Shown: in pieces, positions 1 through 11,700 of the stretch
Layout of the letters: the number at the start of each line of letters is the position of its first letter
Position numbering within the stretch: the first letter of the stretch is position 1
From: Mobula hypostoma
Taxonomy: Eukaryota
DNA length: 64,000 nucleotides
Direction: 5' to 3'
Assembly: GCF_963921235.1 (NCBI RefSeq)
Contig: NC_086108.1
Coordinates: forward strand, 87,608,001-87,672,000
The notes under the pieces: model-generated
Databases searched by the model: none
Told to the model about the DNA's origin: nothing
What the model saw: the letters and a program-made list of their open reading frames with translations, nothing else
Position numbers and translations under genes: made by a program

Positions 1-768
1 CCCATTTACATTGGTGGTGCGCAAGTGGAACAGGTCAAAAGCTTTAAGTTCCTCAGGGTCAATGTCACAAATGACCTGACTTGGTCCAACCAAGCAGAGT
101 TCACTGCCAAGAAGGCCCACCAGCGCCTTTACTTCCTGAGAAAACTAAAGAAATCTGGACTGTCCCCTAAAACCCTCACTAATTTTTATAGATGCACCGT
201 AGAAAGCATTCTTCTAGGGTGCATCACAACCTGGTATGGAAGTTGTCCTGTCCAAGACTGAAAGAAGCTGCAGATGACTGTGAACACGGCGCAGCACATC
301 ACACAAACCAATCTTCCGTCCATGGACTCACTTTACACCACACGCTGTCGGAGCAGTACTGCCAGGATAATCAAGGACATGACCCACCCAGCCAACAGAC
401 TTTTCGTCCCTCTTCCCTCCGGGAAAAGATTCAGGAGCTTGAAGACTCGTACGGCCAGATTTGGGAACAGCTTCTTTCCAAATGTGATAAGACTGCTGAA
501 CGGATCCTGACCCACATCTGGGCTGTACCCTCCAAATATCCGGACCTGCCTCTCGGTTTTTTTGCACTACCTTACTCCCCATTTTTCTATTTTCTATTTA
601 TGATTTATAATTTAAATTTTTAATATTTACTAATTTTAACTATTTTTAATATTTTTAATATTTAATATTTGTAATCCACAGAGTGTGAAGCGCAGAATCA
701 AATATCGCTGTGATTGTACATTCTAGTACCAATTGTTTGGTGACAGTAAAGAATAAAGTATAAAGTAT
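1..768 (+). mobile_element. Rex-Babar-type LINE, 3' part of ORF2 and 3' UTR
   Basis: SFKFL..N.T.DLTWSNQ...KKAHQRLYFLRKLKK...LTNFYRCTVESIL.GCITTWYG, one in-frame stop, then RTARFGNSFFP; taaagta tandem tail. Confidence 0.85.
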
Positions 769-1224
769 ATTGGCAATTAAGAGGCTCTTAAGTATGCAGA
801 TGAATATGCAGAGAATGGAGAGATATAGACCACATATTGGCTGAAGGGATTAATTTAATTAGGCATCATTAGCTTAATTAATTTGGCACAACATGACGGG
901 CTGAAGAGCCTGTTCCCGTGCTGTTACACTGTTCTATGTTCACCGAATCAAACTGTCAAAACAAGATTGTTTGGTAGCAGAGAAGGATTTAGAAAAACAT
1001 GTAATCTTCATGTAGATATTCGCATAACTTAACACAGCTGTGGGATTTCCTTGGTGCAAAGACTAAATTGCCCAGAAATTGCACAGTTGTCAGAAGTGGG
1101 AAATGTTGGCTCATTTTTCCAGTTTCAGGACACTCCAATGCTGGGTACATTGGTAGATTTGCAGAGATCTTCAACAGATACCTGTCTGCACCTGGTCACA
1201 TTTGGATGAGTGAGGCTTCTAGCA

Positions 1225-1580
1225 TTTTCTCTGGGCTTTTCTCTTTAGAGAGAAGGAGGATGAGAGGTGACTTGTTAGAGGTGTACAAGATGATAAGAGG
1301 TATAGATCAAGTAGACAGCCAGAGACTTTATCCCAGTGTGGAAGTAGTTAATACAAGAGGCATAATTTTAAGGTGATCAGAGGATAATTTTGGGGGGAGG
1401 TTCTGTCAGAGGTAACTTGCGTGGTGGGTGCATGGAATGCCCTAAGAGACTCTTAGATAGGCACATGGATGATAGAAAAATGGACAACTACGTAGGAGTG
1501 AAGGGTTAGATTGATCTCAGTATAGGTTAAAATGCCGGTACAGCATCATGGACCAAAGGGCCTGTACTATGCTGTAGTGC
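1225..1580 (+). mobile_element. CR1 LINE 3' fragment
   Basis: GLFSLERRRMRGDLLEVYKMIRGID motif and CR1-type 3' end (ggaccaaagggcctgtactatgctgta). Confidence 0.85.
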
Positions 1581-2367
1581 CCCATCTATTATTATACATC
1601 TTGCAAGTTCAGATGTATAAGACCATGAGACAAAGGAGCAGAATTATGCCATTTGGCCCATCGAGTCTGATGTGCCATTCATTTTTTTTCCTCTTATTTT
1701 CCCTGCTCAGACCCACTCCCCAGCCTTCTCCCCATATCCTTTGGTACTTGCTAAAGAACACCCATACTTATGGCCTCAGCAAAATAAACCAGTTATGGTA
1801 ATGATAACCTTCTGCTGTAAGGTCAGTTACAGGCCAAAGCAAGGCAGCGATGCCAGGCCCCAGAGTGCATCAAAGCAACAGGACTCGATGTTTGGATGGA
1901 GACTTGAGCACAGGGCTGAATTTGAAAAGCCGGGTACAGGCTGAATCGAGGCAATGGAACCCGATGCTTGGATGTCAATTAAGGCGCTGGGCTAGATTGA
2001 AAAGTCAGGGTCTCAGGGCCTGAGGCGATTGATGGGTCGGTTCAGATTGCTGCTCAACGACCAGCCTCTGCACGGAACTATGGGATCACCTTTGCGGACT
2101 TCAGTTTTTGTTTGTGGTATTGTTTGCATAATTTGTTTTTTTTTGTCTTTGCACAATTAGGTATCCATGTTCTTTTTGTAAAATGGGTTCTTTTGGGTTT
2201 GTTTTTGTGGCTGCATGTTAGGAGACAAATCTCAAGGTTGTATAATGTATACATACTTTGATAATAAATGGACAGAACTTGAACTTTCTCAATAGCTGAA
2301 TATTTTGAAATTCTTTAAAAGACCTAATCCACCACCATCACCATAGAAATGATCTGGTGAGACTTAC

Positions 2368-2415
2368 GTTTGATACTATTTACCAAAGGTCTGCCCTCAT
2401 CATCATCACAGTCAA
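2368..2415 (-). CDS. SZT2: Candidate 48-nt symmetric (1-1) cassette exon of SZT2, VDCDDDEGRPLVNSIK
   Basis: ttttatctgtctacag acceptor, AAC|gtaagt donor; open in the phase left by the upstream exon; UGC/YCAY cluster just upstream; no homology recognised. Confidence 0.55.
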
Positions 2416-3767
2416 CTGTAGACAGATAAAATACAAGGAGCAGAGCATTGCATGGCATGAGAGCATGGCATAAAACATTTACAGTCAAACTACACTCAAG
2501 CACTCACGAGAACACAAAGGTAGTGAAAACTAAACAAGACTTCATTCGGTAATGGGACACGCGAGCGAGTTGATTTACTGCTCAAGACCTTATCTTCGAC
2601 AATTTATTATACCTATTGTACGTGAAAACAAATCAAGCTGAGTAATTGCTTCAATTAAATAGCTGTCCCATGAATACCAAATGTCAAAATGGTCATGATA
2701 TATTTATTGTTAAAACTTTCTTTTGGGATGAGACTGTGAAACAGGTTGGGATAAGATAACTCCTCAGTCACTGGGATGTAATTTATTAAGCATTATAATA
2801 AAAACTCCTCAGCAAGCAAGGCTAACATCATCATTAAATGCAAAAAATCCTCCTCATGTATTTTGTAAGTTTCAAATTAGATTTAGATGGAATTTCTTCC
2901 CCAACCCCGCTTGTCTTCCACACATAATTAATAGCGACTAGGACATGAGAGGACCATCTCTGCAGTAAAATAAAAAAACAAGATGCTGTCAACACTCAGC
3001 ATTAAGAATTCATAGTAAAACTACTCTCAAGTACTCAGCACAGGAGTACACAGAGGTTTTAAAATGAAGCAAGACTTCACTCAGAGAAGTGAGTTGAGAA
3101 CATATTTTCTAAAATTTATTACACCTATTGCATGAAGCATCTGTAGAAAGAGAAGCAGCACTAATGCTTTGGCCGATGTTCCTGATCAAAAGTCTTCAGT
3201 CTAGAAAGTTAACAGATTCTCTTTCCAGAGACGCTATCTGATATGCTGAGTGTTTCCAGCACTTTGTTTCTATTTACAGTTTTAAAAAAAAATCCCATTC
3301 CCTGATGAACATCTTTGTTCTGCAATGAAAAAAACATCTAACTGACTACCCAATCTTCCAATGAAGAGCCAAGTTATCAGTCCTCTCCTGGGAACAGAAA
3401 CTCCAGCTTCAATTCTGTAAAGGTCATATCTAAAATGCATTTTTCTTTAAAAATTGATAGTGATTTTCTAGAATTCCAATTTTACCTCCATTATCAGCTA
3501 GATGATAACTGGCCAAGCTCGCCTGCACTATATCTCCTCAAACTTCCCTTTTTGCATTAAAGTAAGTCAATTCAAATATACCTGAGGGATTATGAAAGGG
3601 ATGTAGTGAACATCTTTATCATAAGAAACAACCTAAAATCTGGATATTCTTAACTTTGTTTACCATACTGATTAAAGCAAAGATGACATAGGATTACTAA
3701 TCTGTACAAGACAACTGGTTTTGCAGATGACGCAAGCTATACAATATGATTTCAGATGTATCAATAC

Positions 3768-3895
3768 CTTGTTCAGTACTACACCGCCATTGGTGGAAAT
3801 TCCGTCCAATCAGAATGAACTGTCTAGCTGCACCAGGACGAGTACTAGAATGTTGACTAAGGGAATATGGCAGGAAAGTGGAACCATGTGGAGAA
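3768..3895 (-). CDS. SZT2: SZT2 exon (128 nt, 2-1) SPHGSTFLPY...RPGAARQFILIGRNFHQWRCSTEQ
   Basis: tattatag acceptor, AAG|gtattg donor; resembles human LLGRNFLQWRR. Confidence 0.92.
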
Positions 3896-5198
3896 CTATA
3901 ATACAAAGAAAGGGGAAAACATTTTTTAAAAAAAGCATTACCTCTGAAGTTAAGAATAAATAAACTTCAGGCTGCAGAGGCCTAAAGTCTTTATTGAACA
4001 GTGATGATGATGATGTCTATATAATAATTGACTGGAATTCTCTGGCTATATGCCTGTGCCAGCATCATAGGATGGCTAGATGTTTTGCCCATGTTGGATT
4101 TTAAAAACGGAGGTGGGAAATTTGATGATGAAAATACCAGTGAGAGCACTCCAGAAGCTTCAAGGCACAAGTCAATAACCTCAGCAAGGGTGGGGAAGTG
4201 GCAGGGATGACTTCCTTTCAAGCAGCAGCTTTAAGGCTAAACACCTGCCAATTAATGTTGTTATGTCATCCTCCCATTACATGCAGAGGGAAATACCTTG
4301 CCTATTAAGTTTATCATGCACCAGCGTAAACATTCAGGTTTACTTCTGGAAGAACAGAATTCAAAAGTTACACTAAATTTTTAGTGACCAATAGCTGAAC
4401 CACTTTTAAGAGTACTCTGTACAGATCCAGCCTCTATATTATAAAAAAGGTTACAGAGATGAGGAAGAGGGTGCAGAGAAGATTTACCAGGATAAACTGT
4501 TAATGCAAGGATATACACTGGAAAGGATGAACACACTGGGTTATTTCTCTCTTTGGAAACTGTTGATTAAATAGAAGTTCTCAAAATACTGAAAGATTTT
4601 GATATAATAGATACAGAAAGAACTTCTGCTCTTGTAAACGGTTGAAAATGCCAACACATAAATCGAGGTCATCGATATAAGATCAATACCAAAAATTCAA
4701 CTGCTAGTCCAGAAGCAGTTGTTCCTTTATTTAGTGGTCCGAATATGAAAACATTACTGAAAGGAGTAGTTGAGATGCATCACATCCTAATTTAAGAGAA
4801 GCCTGGAAAAGTTGATGAGGGAGAGGGATATTGATTTACATGAAGAAGGTTGACAGAAGCTTGAGTGGAGAATAAATGTAGACAAGGAGCTAATTACCCA
4901 TTTCCATGCCTTATATTCTGTATAATTTGTTCCCATTTAGTCTTGGGAGGCTTATTATACTGCACATACTGCTCTGGGCTATATAGGCATTGTAACAATT
5001 GCTGCCAGAGCATCATCATCACTATCCTACTATCTGGCACGTTACCACTTCTAGACCAACGCCTTTGTCCTGTTCCCCTTCTTCAGAGGTAAGAATGTTT
5101 CAGCACTCTTTCTACATTGCATTAACTTAAATATGAAACAAAAATTCCCAAACATAATATTAATCTGCAGTAAATATCACAAGAGCAGTGAAACTTAC

Positions 5199-5331
5199 CT
5201 AATTTTCTCAAAGATCTTAACTGTTGTGTCATTGGCAAGGCCGCTAACCAAATTCACGATCTCGGTGAGAACAGAGCTCAGTAGAAACCGGGAGCCAATA
5301 TTAACAGAACACTGCTGCACTGAGGGACATC
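5199..5331 (-). CDS. SZT2: SZT2 exon (133 nt, 1-2) GCPSVQQCSVNIGSRFLLSSVLTEIVNLVSGLANDTTVKIFEKI
   Basis: cctgtag acceptor, TAG|gtaagt donor; resembles human SRFLLPSILSE...DTSVRIFE. Confidence 0.93.
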
Positions 5332-6616
5332 CTACAGGAGAAAATGAGAGGAGTTACAAAATAGCCTAACGTTCAAGCGTTTCAATGGAGTGGCAATTTG
5401 TAGCATTGGGAGTTTAGAGTAAATCAAAGATTGTAATTCCCAATATGACAAATTTTGATGAAGTACCAACTGAAACTAAAATATTTTCTCATAATAAATG
5501 CCAGAAGTTCAGGACTCTCTAGTGTGCCTAACAGAGGATCAAGGGCATGCAGAGTAAGTCATATGTTTTCCTTTCCTGGAACATTGAGGGGTTTAATGGA
5601 ACACAAAATTATATGCATTACTGGGGGGGGGAATGAGGATGGGGATAGTGGTGTTCCTCGAAAACGGACCATATTTTGATTTTCTTTAACGTGAAGCCAC
5701 ACCATCTAAGAGTGTCAATATATTTTGATGATTTATTTACTCTCCACCTGACTCCCAACAAACAATTTTCATAAGAGTGATTTTTTTTTTGGTAGGCCAG
5801 TGATTTCTGAATTCTGTAAGGGTGAATTTCCATTACCTGAACAGCTGTAACCCAGGAGTTACGCACATTATTGGAGAATGAATAGGGCTATACCAAAATA
5901 CTAAATGCTATTTTTTTGGGGGGGATTAGCATGCATAACAAATTACTTCAGCAACTGACTTCAGCCACCAGTCTTCAGGTTCAAATATGAACTGTGGATT
6001 AAATCTAAAATGCAGCTCTGGAACGATGGGCTGCTAAGAACCGCAAACCACAGTTAATTGGAAGACCAGACCATGCTGATTTAAATGTGTTATTTGGTAT
6101 CATCTGGATAACTGTAGTGTGGGTGTGAAGAGGGAGGTGCGAGGGTGGTGTGTGGTTCAAACGAAACATTTTTATCTTTAGCATATAAAATATTGTGTAG
6201 TGTTGCAGACCTCTTGCTCCAAAAGGGTGGGGGAGAGGGAGGGAAGGAGGGGGTCTCCCCCTCTCCTCCACTCTCCCTCTCTGTCAGTCTCTCTGTCTCT
6301 CTCACTTTTGCTTGACTCCAAAAGGCTATCAGCTTATTTGTGAGTGCGTGTATCAAATAAAAAGACTACTTTTCAAGTCTACCAACTGCGTCTCTCCGAT
6401 GACTTTGTTTATACAACAACACAATTGTGTTTGTAAAGGAATCCTCCATTGTCATTATCAATATTGAATGGTTAGAATTACAGGTGAGAATAGATTTTGA
6501 TTTTTAAAGCACTTCTACCCATAACTGTCAAGTTAAATGAAATCAAATCAGTGAATCATCCTTCAACTACCTGTAACAGTGTAAGGTTTGTGTTATCATC
6601 TAGCCATGTAATTCAG

Positions 6617-7128
6617 TCAACACACATCAAAGTTGCTGGTGAACGCAGCAGGCCAAGCAGCATCTGTAGGAAGAGGTGCAGTCGACGTTTCAGGCCGAGA
6701 CCCTTCGTCAGGACTAACTGAAGGAAGAGTGAGTAAGGGATTTGAAAGTGGGAGGGGGAGGGGGAGATCCAAAATGATAGGAGAAGACAGGAGGGGGAGG
6801 GATAGAGCCGAGAGCTGGACAGGTGATAGGCAAAAGGGGATACGAGAGGATCATGGGACAGGAGGTCCGGGAAGAAAGACAAGGCGGGGGGGGACCCAGA
6901 GGATGGGCAAGGGGTATATTCAGAGGGACAGAGGGAGAAAAAGGAGAGTGAGAGAAAGAATGTGTGCATAAAAATAAGTAACAGATGGGGTACGAGGGGG
7001 AGGTGGGGCCTAGCGGAAGTTAGAGAAGTCGATGTTCATGCCATCAGGTTGGAGGCTACCCAGACGGAATATAAGGTGTTGTTCCTCCAACCTGAGTGTG
7101 GCGACTTCTCTAACTTCTCTAACTTCTA
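6617..7128 (-). mobile_element. 5'-truncated Penelope-like (Neptune-type) element: pLTR with hammerhead plus end of the GIY-YIG ORF
   Basis: Near-identical to 58309-58790; minus strand reads LRLEEQHLIFRLGSLQPDGMNIDFSNFR*. Confidence 0.9.
6680..6715 (-). ncRNA. Minimal type I hammerhead ribozyme motif (Penelope pLTR)
   Basis: Minus strand AGTC-CTGACGA-AGGGTCTCGGCCT-GAAA-CGTC^GACT: intact CUGANGA/GAAA/UH core, AGTC:GACT helix I, palindromic ACGT. Confidence 0.8.
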
Positions 7129-8719
7129 GTGAGCTGGCAGATATTGTTGGATTCTATTGAAGTAAATATTGGAGAATTTTCAAGGATCCTTCTCTCAGCA
7201 ATGCAGCACTTTCAGCTTTCATTACCAGTGCCCAACTTAAATTGTGACATTGTAGAAAATGCAGACGCTGCAAATTCAAGCTTTCACTGCAATGAACTAG
7301 ACTGTCCAAGCTGCTGAACCAGAGTTTAGGATAATCTCCAGCAATCCTGATTTTTGAGGCTCTCAGGCTCTCCACCAACCAATTTGCTCCCACCAGAATT
7401 CTAGCCTCCTGTTCTGACTTTTGAAGTTATTGGAAGAGAAATTAAATATTCTCTTTTCATCAGTTTTGATCATCTAGCCTGTAAGTCAGCCACATTTGAT
7501 GTTAGTCCAGACATTTAGCTAGGGTCTCATCTATAAGCCATGTCATCCTCCTGTTACATGCAGTAAGAGGTATTAAACAGAGCTTGTACTTCAGGCCTTG
7601 TTATTTACTTTCTCATTTAAAAAGCTCCAGTCATCATGGCAACTCTCTCCCTATAATCAGGGGTCAACTCAGTCTGGGAATAACCACTAAAAACTATAAC
7701 AATGAGGAAGGCCAATTTACAAAACTGGGAAAAAAATTACCAACTGTCTGTCCCTAAGTTAAGAACACTTGTATAAGCTCCCATAATGTTAAATTCGAAA
7801 GTCCAATCTATGTGCCTACGTTCATTCCTATGAATGGCAGAACTAGACTACTTTGTCTCGCTACTTTTAGTCATTGTTCTTTCTTAATCAGGTTTATTTG
7901 TTTTTGATGCCAATCATTACATACCGTGGAGTTATGGTCACCATATCAAATGGTTTTTCTGTATTTTCTGACTAAAGAACATAATCACCTTATGGTCATC
8001 TGTAAAAACAGAACTTGCTCATCGCCCGAGAACGGCCTGTATTAGCAGCCATTGAAAGTTTATTCCTTTGATAATTATTTTGTAGTTTTATTTAATTCCT
8101 GTAAGCTTCTAAATGCTTCTTTCACATTAAAAAAAGACATAGGTTACTTCATCCTGATTTAACTGTAAAACAATATCTTTGTTGTTGGCAAAAAAGAGAA
8201 ACTTCAAGCCATGTCTTTAATCTTGCATGTCAGAATCCGAGGTTTATTTCACACTCAAGTCTTGTCCAGGCTAACGTGGGATAATCAGCTCTGAAGAAAG
8301 CCTAATCGGACTACTCCAGCAGTAAACATCACTAAGTTTATTATGGCTTATTGCACCTGCAGGTTTGCACAGCTGGACTTAAAAAGAACAGTGTTTTAAT
8401 TGAAGTACTTTCAATATAAATACGACAGGAGATGAATGAATCCTAGCCAATTCAGAGCCACAATTTCAACAACATGTTCTGTTTGTGGACAAAAAGATTG
8501 ATGAGGGCAATTAAGCTGCACATCAAAGACTCAGCAAACATTTCCATTCATTAAAATGTCTAAGTGTACTGTGGACTGAGTAACATTATAGATCGAGAAA
8601 TACCATTAATTTTAATTTCCAACACTTCTACAGAGACCCATGCTTCTTATCACAATAATAAATAAATTAAAGTGGCATTCTATCCACGAAGTACATGCAG
8701 TTGTACCTTAATCTTTAAA

Positions 8720-9060
8720 AGAACTTGCACTTAAGTGGTGCCTGTTTTACATCTCCAGAATAACCCGAATTGTTTCAAAACAAAAGAATTATTTTTGACC
8801 TACAGTCGTTGTTAAAACATAGGAAACCTGACAACCATTTCAAGCTCTTCAAACTCTCATGACTGGCCAAATATAGACAGAGATACATGAGAAGAAATAA
8901 CAAGAACCTGACCTAAAAGGACACAGGGGCCTCAGTTTAGCATTTCATCCAAACAACACCACCATGAACAATGCAATGCTCCTCGGGTACTACGTGAAAA
9001 ACACCTCCCGAGATTATGAGTTTAGATTCTGGCTTGAACTCACACCCTTCTGAGCCACAG
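8720..9060 (-). mobile_element. Ancient Deu-domain SINE (AmnSINE1/SacSINE1-like), degenerate
   Basis: ggggcctcagtttagcatttcatccaaa...ttgaactcacacccttctgagccacag resembles the reverse of the remembered Deu-SINE consensus. Confidence 0.6.
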
Positions 9061-9361
9061 TTAGCACACAAGAGTTCCTGGACTTTGTTTCTAAAGGCTA
9101 AAATACACAATGTTCTGTATAGGCAAAATTTATTGAGTACTTCATCAATGGATATACATTAAACATTGAGCTTTTTACAGCAACACACATGAAATGCTGG
9201 AGGAGCTCAGCAGATCAGGCAGCACCTATGGAAAAGAGTAAACAGTCGACATTTCGTGCTGAGACCCTTCTTCTGGACTGAGAGGAAAGGGGAAAGAGGC
9301 CACAAGCTTTTCGCGTCCATGTACATCATTTGTTGATGACCGTACCCAAATATGTACTTAC

Positions 9362-9459
9362 CCATCCTACTCATGAATGCCATCCATTGCTGACAGGTGA
9401 CATGGAAAAGTTGATGCAGAGAACCCAGGTCTCCTTCCTCCAGCTGACTGGTCCGTTTC
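9362..9459 (-). CDS. SZT2: SZT2 exon (98 nt, 2-1) KRTSQLEEGDLGSLHQLFHVTCQQWMAFMSRMG
   Basis: ctccacag acceptor, TGG|gtaagt donor; QLEEG..G.LH motif. Confidence 0.93.
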
Positions 9460-9889
9460 CTGTGGAGGGTTAACACTCAATTGGAACAATATATTGATTG
9501 GTTAGAAAGCAACCGGAGCATTAAATAGTGAGTGATTTCTGATCTGTTGCAAAGAGCAAGTCAAAAACAAGTACATTATTTTCAATATAAATGTTGGACT
9601 ATTTAATATTCTCTTTACCAAAGGAATAAAGATGCAAACTCAGTAAATTTTAATCAGTTTCGTGACAGACCATGGTTTAAATAGCATGGGAACGACAGCA
9701 AAAGTCAATAAGAATAATGTACAGTACTGTACTCAACAAGCTTGGACATACCTATAAGGAGAAAGTTCCAATGCAAAACAGGGTATTAATTAGTAATCAT
9801 GCTCAACAGAAAAATAGTGCTGATTATAGACTATTACACTGATAGAAGTTAGGCACATCATGACCTAACATATACAGGGTTCAAACACA

Positions 9890-10435
9890 GCAGTGGAAAG
9901 GGCGAGCAGCTTTAATTTCCTGGGTATCAATATCTTGGAGGATCTATCCTGGGACCAACACATTGATGCAATACTGAAGAAGGCATGCCAGTGGCTCTAT
10001 TTTGTTAGGGATCTGAGGAGATTTGTCACGTCAAATTTTCATAGATGCTCAGTGGAAAGCATTCTGACCAGTTGCATCACAGCCTGATATTTAGGCTCCA
10101 GGCAAAGGATGGCAACAGGCAGCAAAGAGTTGTGAATTCAGCCAACTCCATCATGGCCACAACCCTTCCCACCTTCAAGAGGCAGTGGCATCCATCACTA
10201 AGGACCACCAGGGACATGCCCACTTCTGATTACTACCAATAGGCAGGAGGTAGAGGAGGCTGAATACCCACACTCAATAACTTAGGAGCAGCGTCTTTCC
10301 TACCACAATCAGATTTCTGAACTGTCAATGAACCCAAGAACACTACATTATTCTTTTGCACTAATATGGAATTAACAGTAATTTTTATGACTTGCATTGC
10401 ATCTCTGCAACAAAATAATTAATTTCATGACAAAT
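9890..10435 (+). mobile_element. Rex-Babar-type LINE 3' fragment
   Basis: SSFNFLGINILEDLSWDQHIDAILKKACQWLYFVR...CSVESILTSCITA. Confidence 0.8.
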
Positions 10436-10866
10436 CAGAATCAGAATCCTTTATTATCGCCAAGTATGTGGACACATACAGGGAATTTGATGCCTGTTTC
10501 CCTGAGTTCTCGCTGTACAGAATCAAAAAGCAAACAAAACAATAGTGCAAATAATCAATGAACTATATACAATGTGTATGCATAGGTGGACTTGGTTTAT
10601 AATAGACTAAAATTCAAGTGTTCATAAGACTGATGGCATACAGAAAGAAACTGTTCTTGTACCTATTATCACAAATGTTGTGATACTAAACCCAATTCAG
10701 AAAATCACCCCATTCAACTTCAACTTCATTCAAATAGTTTGTTGGCTAAAAGAAGGCTTGAACTGTCAGAAATAATTTGATTCCCTTGTATAATTTGAAT
10801 GCCATTTGTTTAATGTAGAAAATTGTCCGAGATAAACAAAAATCTTATCAACGGTATGAATTGTAC

Positions 10867-11048
10867 CTTCTTGAGACTGCTTGCCTCTGTGTTTGCTCTA
10901 ATTCCACCGTTGACATTCGCTCATGACTGGAGGACTGCTTCAAATGTTCTGTTTTGTGCCTCCTGCGAGTGTAACTGTCATTGGTCCTTTCCTGAACTAT
11001 GTCGTCAGTGGTCTTTGGAGTACCAGTGTCTGAGAAATCAGTCTTGCT
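10867..11048 (-). CDS. SZT2: SZT2 exon (182 nt, 0-2) SKTDFSDTGTPKTTDDIVQER...RRRHKTEHL...AVSRR
   Basis: gtttcag acceptor, AAG|gtacaa donor; PKTTDDIV and RRRHKTE motifs. Confidence 0.91.
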
Positions 11049-11155
11049 CTGAAACATACATGTTCCCAGTTATTTTTCATCCTGAGGAAAAACTAGGTCT
11101 GGCTCTGAAACAGCGCATTGAACTGTTCATATTACAATTACAACTCTGCACTCAC

Positions 11156-11337
11156 CAGCATATCCCAAAAACTGCGACGGCCTGTCTTGCCAGTGGGAGT
11201 AGTAGACTCTGCATTACATGCGCTGGACGTTTGGATAGGAGCAATTTGAACAGACACCGGACTGTTTTTACTTCCAGCTGCACTGAGAGAGAGGCTGGTT
11301 GCTTCCTTAATCTCTGACGCAGACTTGCTGAGCTGAC
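11156..11337 (-). CDS. SZT2: SZT2 exon (182 nt, 1-0) GQLSKSASE...TTPTGKTGRRSFWDML
   Basis: ctgattag acceptor, CTG|gtgagt donor; GRRSFWDML motif. Confidence 0.9.
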
Positions 11338-11452
11338 CTAATCAGGCGCAAAAATGAAGGAAAGAAATAATAAGTAGTACTTGTTTAAAAAATATACAAA
11401 ACACTTGAAGCCCTGTGCCCTATAAAAGATTCTGGGGTGATCTTTTTGCCAA

Positions 11453-11700
11453 TTCTTCTTCTTAAACCCATTACCCCTACTGGGGCATAAGTCGCTAACA
11501 GCGGCTTGCCAGAGTACACTGTCCTGGACCAATCTATTTCCATGTGTAGCCCATCTTCAAAGCTCCTTCCTCTCCAAAGGATGAGGTCTTTCAAGCTTCT
11601 GTTGGCACTTCTGGGGTTTGGGGTTTTACAGGATGGGGTTACTAGCCCCATGCCCAACACCCTTCCTTGTGCAGCAGGCTTTGGACCATCCACGGCAGAG
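11453..11700 (-). mobile_element. RTE-related non-autonomous element / RTE 3' end
   Basis: (AAG)n tail on minus; W..LLATYAP.G type RTE terminus joined to an RTE 5'UTR-like GGGTGTTGGGCATGGGGCTAGTAACCCCATCCTGTAAAAC. Confidence 0.5.

Noticed and set aside
3350..3414. Possible extra SZT2 exon (ttacag ... gtagtc)
   Set aside because: 65 nt, frameshifting, has a stop in the required phase, a weak donor, and no SZT2 similarity
10823..11317. 164-aa plus-strand ORF
   Set aside because: Antisense shadow of two SZT2 exons; non-ATG start; no recognisable domain
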